A stretch of 63,997 nucleotides of DNA, filler included, from Octopus bimaculoides (lineage: Eukaryota): assembly GCF_001194135.2 (NCBI RefSeq). It is 7 parts of 7 records of this genome, joined end to end, with 100 filler letters (N's around TTAATTAATTAA, not from the genome) between each part and the next. Parts side by side here need not be neighbours in the genome. Positions count along the whole stretch, not along the records: positions 1 to 22,371 come from NC_069008.1; 6 more parts are not named here. One strand, written 5' to 3'. A program made the position numbers and the translations under genes. This document shows, piece after piece, positions 1 to 11,300 of the stretch (position 1 is the first letter of the stretch; each line of letters opens with the position of its first letter). Under the pieces are notes generated by a model, which was given only the letters and a program-made list of their open reading frames with translations, made no database searches and was not told the origin of the DNA.

Positions 1-79
<79 letters not shown>

Positions 80-458
80 AAGAGAGGTTGATAGATCAGT
101 AGACATATAGCTTATAGATGAGAGACAGATATTCTCTGTGTAGAATACATTTCATAGTGCTCAAGAGATTTTTACTTGAGCAGGTAGAGGAGTAAATGTA
201 AGGACAAGCAAGTTAGCCAAGTTGATATACAAAAAATATTCAATATATTTAATATAGAAATTGAATAAGGTAAATTGAGGAAAATTGAATGACTTAAGAA
301 AATTAATACTAAATGGCTCTGATAAAAGTAGTATTTATTTTCTTAGATCATTAAATTTTCCTCATTTAGACCAATGAGTAAACCTACTAGTAATGTACCT
401 ATAATGAATAGTGGAAACAGCTGTAAGCCAAATTTGTTCCAATATAGGAATTATATTA

Positions 459-872
459 GGTGCAGGAGTGGCTGTGTGGTAAGTAGCTTGCTTACCAAAC
501 ACATGGTTCTGGGTTCAGTCCCACTGCGTGGCACCTTGGGCAAGTGTCTTCTACTGTAGCCTGGGGCTGACCAAAGCCTTGTGAGTGGATTTGGTAGATG
601 GAAACTGAAAGAAGCCCGTCGTATATATGTGTATATATATATGTGTATGTGTGTTTGTGTGTCTGTGTTTGTCCCCCCACCATCGCTTGACAACCGATGG
701 TGGTGTGTTTACGTACCCGTAACTTAGCGGTTCAGCAAAAAGAGACCAATAGAATAAGTACTAGGCTTACAAAGAATAAGTTCTGGGGTCGATTTGCTCG
801 ACTAAAGGCGGTGCTCCAGCATGGCCGCAGTCAAATGACTGAAACAAGTAAAAGAATAAAAGAGTAAAAGAG
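459..872 (+). mobile_element. SINE family A (tRNA-like head), full-length copy
   Basis: A-box TGGCTGTGTGG, B-box GGTTCAGTCCC, ACCTTGGGCAAG core, internal TA/TG microsatellite and (GTAAAAGA)n tail; many other copies in the window. Confidence 0.9.
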
Positions 873-1032
873 TCTATGCAATGACCATTATTTCTAACTT
901 TGTGAACAAACACTGTATGCTTCCATGATTTATTTTCATATTTATATATTTACTTGTATATTTGTTTATATATTTCTTTTTCTTTTTTTTCTTTTGTTTC
1001 TTTCTCCCATGCAAATTCATCACATCATGCAG

Positions 1033-1686
1033 AGTTACGACCGCAGTTGGAGGCAAATAGTTTTCCCTCTTCTGTCTCTGTTGTCACTCTCCCTCGCCTG
1101 GCTACCACCTCTCCAGAAACGGCAAGTCATCCCACGGAGCGTGCCGCAACGTGCGAACTACCGGGCCCAGAAGAACCTCATATACCAGAACCTGGATATT
1201 GAAACCGCCCGGTGGAAAGCCGGAGCTATAGCCGCCTTCTGCAAAGCTGTCTTCACAGTGTGCATTGCATTTGCTATCAATCACCAACTTGTCTCCGATG
1301 AGACCCAACCTTGGAAAGTGCTAACAAAATCTATCGCTTGGAGAGAGCACCCAGTCGAACTAAAGAACTTCCTGACCAATCTGTGTGCTAGTTTCATTGG
1401 AATTCTTGTTGCTTATGTAACCTGTAAGATCTCTTTGGACTTTGGGGCATTTGGCATTCCACTCTTCCTGTCAGGACTGCTCTGCATCTTGATCCTGGCG
1501 ATCCCAACTGTTTGTGACGTCTTCCAAACCGAACAAGCTTTATTCCTTGTTGCCAGCTGTGAAAGCAAAAGTAGCGATATTAATTTTACTCTGATAGCTA
1601 CCATCTGTCTTATTCTGGCTGAGATCCTTGCCTCCTGGTATATTATTTTACAAGCAGACAAAAATCTTTTGCCGAAAGATTCAGCG
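1033..1686 (+). CDS. chs: Chitin synthase exon: N-terminal multi-pass membrane region, 218 codons, phase 0/0
   Basis: Long T tract then CATGCAG acceptor; open frame SYDRSW...LLPKDSA with several hydrophobic stretches; GCG|gtaggt donor; joins in frame to the next exon (IFLMPGY). Confidence 0.85.
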
Positions 1687-2797
1687 GTAGGTATTTTGGT
1701 CTTTATTTCTCCGTACAAATTTTTCTACATATTTTTATTTTATTTTTCTATATGAAAGGATGGTTCCCCCCCCCACACACACACACACAAGAAACCCTAT
1801 GAGGATAAGTGATATACTGCATGAACAGTTCCAAAGTGTGTTCCCTACTCTTTTGGGACACAAGTAAGTGAACAAACCAGAAAATTTCTTTGCCACTTCA
1901 CTCGTAATCAAAGAGGCAAAAATTAATTACATCAACATTAAAGAAGATGAAATACTGGCCATAGATGAGGTACATGCAAACTCAGCCGCTGACCCTCACG
2001 GGTTCCTAGCAATCCTTGGCCCTTCCATGATCACTACAGTTTCTTTTCCAGAATGTTCTTGCAAGTGGTAAACTTCCAGGAAAATTGAAGGATAGAACTA
2101 AATAATATGCCCTCTCCACAAAGGAGAAAGCAGAGCAGATACTAAAAATTATAGGCCTATCTCTCAGACCTTATATATCAGCAAAGTCATGGAATAAATA
2201 GTCCACAGGAAACTAATTGCATTCCTCAAAGAGAAAGACTTGCTGACTGACTTTAAATACCAAAATTTAAACAAGTTAATAATGATATGGTGCTACGCTG
2301 AAATACTTCACGCTATATTGTGCCATAATGCATGTCAGCATAGCAGTAAATGATTATTTACCTGTTTTAATTATGGTGCAACCTGAAGATTTGAGGGATT
2401 CTATGTAACATTGTATCTTTTTATTTTTTATTTGTTTCAGTCATTTGAATGTGGCCATGCTGGAGCACCACCTTGAAGGGTTTCAAGGTGGTGCAAAACA
2501 AATCAACTGCAAGACTTACTCTATTGGGCTCTTTTGCCAAACCACTAAGTTACGAGGGCTTCAGCACACCAACACCCATTATCAAGTGGTGGTGGGGGAC
2601 AAACACAGACTCAAAGACACACACACACACACACACACATTCATATAATGGGCTTTTTCAGTTTCCATCTACCAAATGCACTCACATTGATTTGGTCGGC
2701 CTGTGGCTAAAGTAGAAGCCACTTGACCACTGTGAGAGCGAGCTCAGAATCATGTGGTTGAGAAGCAAGCTTCTTACCACACAACTATGCCTGTGCC

Positions 2798-2862
<65 letters not shown>

Positions 2863-4293
2863 TAGATGGCCCTGCTCAATTATATAAAAAAGACATAGAT
2901 AGAAACTCCATAAGATGTATACAGTGCAAGCTATGGACACATAAGAAGTGCAGCAATATCAGTGGAAGCAGGGAAAATAGTCTTTCTGTGTGGCAGATGT
3001 ACAGGTACAATAAACACAAGAAAGGTACAGAAAATAAACTTCGTCAAATGCTAAGGGGGATACTTCGAAGTAGTTGATAGCTTCCATTACCCAAGTGATC
3101 AAGTCAGCAGTGGAAGTGGATGCTCTGAGAGGGTAGCTGCCAGAATAAGTACAGGCTGGGTAAAGTACAGAGAGCTTCTACTTTTATTGGTAACAAAGGG
3201 CCTCAACCTCAGAGTGAAAGGCAGATTGTATGATGCCTTTGTGTGGATAGCCATGCTATATGGCAGTGAAACATGGGCTGTGACTGCAGAGGATATGCAT
3301 AGGAGTGTGAAGATGCAGTGGCCCAGTGGTTAGGGCAGTGGACTTGCGGTTTCGATTTCCAGACTGGGCATTGTGAGTGTTTATTGAGCGAAAACACCTA
3401 AAGCTCCACGAGGCTCCGGCAGGGGATGGTGGCCAACCCTGCTGTACTCTTTCACCAAAACTTTCTCTCACTCTTTCTTCCTGTTTCTGTTGTGCCTGTA
3501 ATTCAAAGGGGTCAGCCTTGTCACACTGTGTCACGTTGAATATCCCCGAGAACTACGTTAAGGGTACACGTGTCTGTGGAGTGCTCAGCCACTAGCACGT
3601 TAATTTCACGAGCAGGCTGTTCCGTTGATCGGATCAACTGGAACCCTCGACGTTGTAAGTGACGGAGTGCCAACACACATGCATAGGAGTGAAAGAAATG
3701 AAGCTAAGTATACCTTGTGGATGCGCAATGTCAGTGTGCATGTGCAACAGAGTGTAAGCGTCTTGAGAGAAAAGCTGGGCATAAGAGGCTTCAAATGTGG
3801 TGTGCTTGTATGGCCATGTGATGTGTATGGACAAGGACAGCTGTGTAAATAAGTGCCAATCCCTAATTGTGGAGGGAAGTCGTGGAAGAGGTAGACTCAA
3901 GAAGACATGGAAAATAATGGTGACGTATGATCTTCAGATGTTGGGTCTCACGGAGGTGATGACAAATAATTGAGACCTTTGGCAGTTTGCTGTGCTTGTG
4001 AAGAATCATCGGGTAAAGTGAAATCGAGTAGTGGACAGTGCCAGTGTCACGTAAAAGTCACCTGTGATGGTGACACATAAAAGACACTCACTCATGATGG
4101 TCTCACATAAAAGGTACCTGTGACAGTGACACACGTAAAAGGCACTTACAGCACTCTCAGAGTGGTTGGTGTGGGGGAGAGCACCCAGCCATATAAACCA
4201 AGACAAAATCAGACTGGGGCCTGGTGTAGCTCTCTGGCTTACCAGTTCCAGTGAAACTGTGTAACCCATGTGAGCACGGAAGACAGACATTAA

Positions 4294-4325
<32 letters not shown>

Positions 4326-5002
4326 ATGTGTGTGTGGCTTTGCATTTGTCCCCCACCATTGCTTGACATCCAGTGTTAATACATGTCTACATTCCCATAA
4401 CTTAGCGGTTTAGCAAAAGAGAACTCCCCCACCTCTCTCTCTCTCTCCACATTACACCTAACCTCTCTCTCTTTCTCCACCACAACTTCACTCACTCTTA
4501 CTCTCTCTTTCTCTTTCTTTCACTTTCTCTTTTTCTACATATTCCAGATATTCCTAATGCCTGGCTACAATGGTGTCATGCTTGAAGAATGGATCGTGCT
4601 GAACCGACATCGTGAGCCAGAATCCTCCCCTATAGACTTCAAAGAAAGGGTAAAAAACAGCAAGATCTACATATGTACCACTATGTACCGAGAGGTAAAC
4701 AGTTAGTCTTTTTGTTCAGCTGTAGATTATCCCTGATCAAAGGTATTCTCTTCGTGCCTGTTCCATGTTTTTTTGCTTTGGCTGTTGTTTAGCCCTTGGT
4801 CAGTCCCCTGGTCATTCTTCATCAAACAGATATTTTCTAGTTGTGGCTTTCTCGTGTTTATCCATCCACAACTGTATCTGTTTGCCTGTCTATCTATTAA
4901 TCTATAAATATATATATATATCTATCTGTTTATCTGTCAGTCTGTCTGTTTGTCTGCCTATCTATCAATGTATCTATCTATTTATCTATCTATCTATATA
5001 TA

Positions 5003-5039
<37 letters not shown>

Positions 5040-5348
5040 CTGTCTTTTTGTCTGTCCTATCTATCTATCTATCTATCTATATCTATCTATCTATTTATCT
5101 ATCTATCTATATATATATATATATCTGTCTTTTTGTCTGTCTGTCTGTCTATCTTTCTATCTATCTATCTATCTAAATTTATATAAATAGGATGTGATCG
5201 ATATTTAAATACCGATTTTATCAGGTGGCCAGCATGGGAATAAAAACCATCAAAGATAATAATTATTTAAAATTATTACCTTTGATGGTATCTATCGATC
5301 TATGTATGTATATTTTTTTACCTACCTACCTACCTATCTATCTATCTA

Positions 5349-5379
<31 letters not shown>

Positions 5380-8300
5380 TTCTATCTATATTTATATAAG
5401 GCCATTACTATACAATAACGCCTCACGCCATGAGGGACTCTAAGGTCAGACTACTATATAAAGCACATTTTTACCGAATGCGAGGAAATGCAACTCTCAG
5501 AGCCAACTCCTTAAAAACGGACTATCTAGCTAGCTAGCTATCTCTCTATCTATCTACCTATCTATCTATCTATCTATCTGTCGCTCTGTCTATCTCCTGT
5601 CTCTGTGTCTGTATGTCTTTGTCTCTCTCTTTCTCTGTCTATCCAACTATGTACATGTCTATCTACCTTCAACCATATTATTAGGTGTTGAACTGGAGGA
5701 ATTGTTAGCACAATGGGGAAAATACTTAGCAACATTTTGTCTGTCTTTATGTTCTCAGTTCAAATTCTGTTGAAGACGACTTTGTTTTTCATCCTTTCAA
5801 TGATCAATAAAATAAGTACCAATCATGCACTAGGGTCGATGTAATCGACTAGTCTGCTGGCTTGGTGTCAAAATTTGAAACCAATATTATTATTATTGAG
5901 TGAGAGAGCAATGCATGCCATCAAAGTGAGACTGGGGTGCCCAAAATATGATGCTCAATATACCCATCATGACTACCCATCTGATAAGGGTACACCTGGC
6001 ACATGCGTCACAACCGTATGTGCATGACACGGTGATCTTGTATTGAGATAAACAGTGCATGACCTCGCAGGTAGGGGCCCAGTTAGAATTTTCTTCAAGT
6101 CATGTAGTCCATCCCACTCAAAAGCCCCACCCAAATAAGGGTTTTTTAAGGATGTTCAATGAAACACCCATGTTTCCAGAGGTGAATTATTTGAACCCAA
6201 AACAATTCCTCTCAATACATGGCTATGATGCTCCCCCCCATTACTTCTACTCATGATCAAAGATGCACATATCATCAGCCACTATTATAGTTATTATTAT
6301 AATTATTATTATTATTATAGTTATTATTATTATTATTATTATTATCATTATTATTATTATTATGCCCTGCCACCTCAAAAAGCAAAAAAACTCATAAATT
6401 TTCTCTATCTTGCTTTACTTACAACAACAACAATAACAATAACAACGACAATGCCACAACTACAAAAATAAACAAAAATCAAACAAAAGGCTGATTATGA
6501 AATGAAGCAACTTCTGGAATCCATCAACAGAGTCAAAGTGGCACAGTTTGAAAGCATCAGGCATTTCGAATCACACATCTTTTTTGATGGAGGTGTCAAA
6601 GGTTCAAAGCCAACAGAATTCGCTCTGCAGTTGCTCTCCTTACTACCATCAACTTTAGGTAAGTACAAAATCAACAAAACTCATGTAAGAAACCAAGAAA
6701 TATTTATCCTTTTGTTAACATATTTCTGCTTTTGTTTCAATTAATTTGGAAAAATAGTTCTTTTACTTATAATAATAAATCTCTGAACGAGGTATAAACA
6801 GTAAGAGATTTATTATTGCTTGGTTGCACTTTTTCGAGATTAGTGAATTTTCATCACTGGAAAAAGGATATATGTATTTGCATTGGGACCCCTTCGCATC
6901 GAAGATCGGCGATTGTTGTATGCTGACGAAAGTTAAATACACAGAAACCCAGGTCCGTGCGTATCACGTCAGATCGACGATGGGAAGGATGACTTCCCTT
7001 TGCAAATACGGACAGGGCACAGAAAGTGTGTCAATAGCCAGCTGGAGGAGATGTTCTCCTGGGGCTACAAGCTACAGTAGCATTCACCCTTAGTGGTTAG
7101 CCACATTTAAGTGGCAAATATACTTCAAGTTCTTTTACTTGTTTTGCACATTTGCCCACGGCCATGTTGGGGCACCATCTTGAAGAATTTTAGTTGAATG
7201 AATCAACTCCAGTGCTTTCTTTAAATATTTTTTAAGCCTGGAATTTATTCTATCAGTCTCTTTTTGCTGAACCACTAAATCATGGTGACGTAAACACATC
7301 AACATTGGTTGTCAAGCGGTGGTGTGGAATAAACACAGACACATACACATGCACACACAAACACACACACACACAATAGGCTCCTTTCAGTTTCCATCTA
7401 CCAAATTCACTCAGAAGGCTTTGGACAGCCTGAGGCTATGGTAGAAGATACTTGTCCAAGGTGCCATACAGTGGGACTAAACCTGGAACAATGTGGTTGG
7501 GAAGCAAACTTCTTACCACACAGCCATTCCTGAAGAATTTCATTAAATAATTTTGTCATAATTAAGCTGATATTTAGAACATTGAATTAACATGAAATTC
7601 TAGTTTGAGTTTAGATCACTTTTAAGGATACACTTAAAGCCTCACCGAAGTGCTTTCAGATTAACCTTGATACCTGGAAAATGCAAGCACAGGACTTCAC
7701 AGCATAGCGTAGCAGCACCAACAGAGGTGTCACCTATGAATCGAATAAGTTCACAGGAGGACAAACAAGACATGAGCTGAGCCGGTCCAGAGCCAACTCC
7801 TTGCCTTCGGACCATGTGGACCACCAATGGTCAAGTTTTGGCAGAACTTTCCGAGCATTGCATTGGCTTCATTGATCCATTTTCTTTTCCCATGTCCAGG
7901 TGATGTTGTTGACAATGACAGATGAACATTATTATCATGTGTGTGTATATATCATCATCATCATCATCATCGTTTAACGTCCGCTTTCCATGCTAGCATG
8001 GGTTGGACGATTTGACTGAGGACTGGTGAAACCGGATGGCAACACCAGGCTCCNNNNNNNNNNNNNNNNNNNNNNNNNNNNNNNNNNNNNNNNNNNNNNN
8101 NACAGCTGGATGCCCTTCCTAACGCCAACCACTCAGAGAGTGTAGTGGGTGCTTTTACGTGTCACCCGCACGAAAACGGCCACGCTCGAAATGGTGTCTT
8201 TTATGTGCCACCCGCACAAGCCAGTCCAGGGGCACTGGCAACGATCTCGCTCGAAAATCCTACAGGAGCCAGTCAGGCGGTACTGGCAACGGCCACGCTC

Positions 8301-11300
8301 AAAATGGTGCATCTCATGTGCCACCCGCACAAGAACCAGTCCAGGGGCACTGGCAACGATCTTACTTGGCTTGCCGGGTCTTCTCACGCACAGCCCATTT
8401 CCAAAGGTCTCGGTCCGTAGTCAATTATATATATAGTAGGTTGTATATTTGAATATAAAGGTGCACAAACGTGCAGACACGCATGCATGCACACAAGCAT
8501 TTATACCTTATGAACATTGCCAGTCTGAGATTTTTCTCTGCTATTTTTCTCAGATATTTCTCCCAAGAACTGCAAACAGTTGAAGACCCCATATGGAATA
8601 TGTCTGAAATGGAATTTACCAGCTCCTGGGGGTAAGAACAGAATGAAATTCTGTATCCACCTCAAAGACAACTTGAAGGTTTGTGTTGAATCAGATTGGC
8701 TGCCATCACCAAAGCCAGTTTCTTTTTGCCTGGTTATTATTCTGTTCTGTTTCTTTCTTTCTTTCTTTCCTTCCTTATTTCTTTCTACAGTCCTTCATGC
8801 TTTCTCATTCTCTTCTTCCTCCATTTCTTTCCTTCCTTCAGTAGACTTTATGATAATGTTCTTTTGTTTTTATTCAAGACTATTATTACAACAATTTGTA
8901 ACACGGAGATACTTAATATACAATTGAGCACTCTTCTCTCAAAAGCAAAACCAAACACAGAAGCCACACGTTTATATTACTTCCCAATAAAACTTCTTTA
9001 TTACCATACTAGCAGAAAAACCCGGCGTTGCCCGGGTTAGGGATTCACACAGACAGACAGACAGACACACATTCTCATTTCTATATATATAGATTCCTCT
9101 TGAAATACAATACTTTCAGTTAATTTTGTAAACAGTAAAAAAATTCAGTGCAAATTTCAGAAAGAAAGAAGAAAGGAAAGAAGATGGAAAGACAGCAGGA
9201 AGAAAGATTAAACCTTTTGATACCAACATGTCTGAGTCTGTCCACTCTTCTTGGATACAAACTCCTCTAAATGTCAGGGGTCTCTTAGCTTAATGGTACA
9301 GCAGGCTCGGCCGGAATTTGAGAGGTCTAGGGTTTGGTTCTCAGTTGAGGCTTGCTGCCCACTTTTTTAGTTGCCGGCATGGATGTGTAGTAAGAAGCTT
9401 GCTTTTCAGCCACAGTGTTCCAGCTTCAGTTTCACTGTGTGGCACCTTGAGCAAGTGTCTTCTGCTGTGGCATCAGGCTGATCAAAGTCTTGTGAGTGAA
9501 TTTGAACGACAGAAACTAAAAGAAACCGTGTGTGTGTGTGTGTGGAACTCAGAATGCAAAAATGGACAAAATGCTGCTAAGCTTTTTGTCTTGCGTGCTA
9601 ACAATTCTGCTGGCTCACCACCAGTGATAATGATTTCAAATTTTGGCACAAGGCCAGCAAGTTTGGGGCAGGGATTGTTGATTACATTAACCCCAGGGCT
9701 GAATTGGTGCTTATTTTATTTAACCCAAAAGGATGAAAGGCAAAGTCAACCTCGGTGGAATTTGAACTCAGAACTTGCAGACAGACAAAATGCTACTAAG
9801 CATTTTGCTTAGCAAGCTAACGAATCTGTCGGCTTGCCACCTTATTTTGAATAAATACTGATAACAGATTTTGGCACAGGGCCAGCAATTTCGAGCGACA
9901 TGGCAAATTGATTACATTGACCCAGTACTCAACTGGTACATATTTCATTGACCTTGAAAGTCTGAAAGGCAAAGTCAATCTCTGTGGAATTTGAACTCAG
10001 AACATAAAGATGGACGAAATGCCTCTAAGCTTTTTGTCCACCATGCTAACAATTCTGTTAGCTTGCTATTTTACCTGACTGAATGACATTGATAGTAAGC
10101 GTATCTCCAGACAATTCTATCTCTCAGTGTCTAAGTCCTTACTATAGGAGGCTCTTGAAGCTAGATAATAGCTAATTTTGCTATTTAGTGATGCCACTGA
10201 TAACATATCCATTGCTATGGACTACAATAACACAGATAGAATAACAGTACAGAGAACCTAATGCATGGTAGAAAATGCTTGCTTTTTGATAAGGATTTTG
10301 TCTTATGTCAAAACATTTACCTGGGTGCCAGCGTGGGTGTGTGGTAAGAGGCTTGCTTCCCAACTACATATATACGACGGGCTTCTTTCAGTTTCCATCT
10401 ACCAAATCCACTCACAAGGCTTTGGTTGGCCCGAGGCTATAGTAGAAGACACTTACCCAAGGTGCCACGCAGTGGGACTGAACCCGGAACCATGTGGTTG
10501 GTAAGCAAGCTACTTACCACACAGCCACTCCTGCGCCTATATATATATATATATATACACACATATATATGTACATATATATATATATATATACATATAT
10601 ATACACACATACACACACACACACANNNNNNNNNNNNNNNNNNNNNNNNNNNNNNNNNNNNNNNNNNNNNNNNNNNNNNNNNNNNNNNNNNNNNNNNNNN
10701 NNNNNNNNNNNNNNNNNNNNNNNNNNNNNNNNNNNNNNNNNNNNNNNNNNNNNNNNNNNNNNNNNNNNNNNNNNNNNNNNNNNNNNNNNNNNNNNNNNNN
10801 NNNNNNNNNNNNNNNNNNNNNNNNNNNNNNNNNNNNNNNNNNNNNNNNNNNNNNNNNNNNNNNNNNNNNNNNNNNNNNNNNNNNNNNNNNNNNNNNNNNN
10901 NNNNNNNNNNNNNNNNNNNNNNNNNNNNNNNNNNNNNNNNNNNNNNNNNNNNNNNNNNNNNNNNNNNNNNNNNNNNNNNNNNNNNNNNNNNNNNNNNNNN
11001 NNNNNNNNNNNNNNNNNNNNNNNNNNNNNNNNNNNNNNNNNNNNNNNNNNNNNNNNNNNNNNNNNNNNNNNNNNNNNNNNNNNNNNNNNNNNNNNNNNNN
11101 NNNNNNNNNNNNNNNNNNNNNNNNNNNNNNNNNNNNNNNNNNNNNNNNNNNNNNNNNNNNNNNNNNNNNNNNNNNNNNNNNNNNNNNNNNNNNNNNNNNN
11201 NNNNNNNNNNNNNNNNNNNNNNNNNNNNNNNNNNNNNNNNNNNNNNNNNNNNNNNNNNNNNNNNNNNNNNNNNNNNNNNNNNNNNNNNNNNNNNNNNNNN

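Noticed and set aside
925-1755. 276-aa single ORF as a standalone membrane protein
   Set aside because: Both ends are intron read-through (poly-F/Y); the core 1033-1686 splices in frame into chitin synthase.
9161-10270. Possible exons at about 9161 and 10189 for the missing chitin synthase segment
   Set aside because: No KKRWSQ-like translation in any frame, early stops and weak donors.
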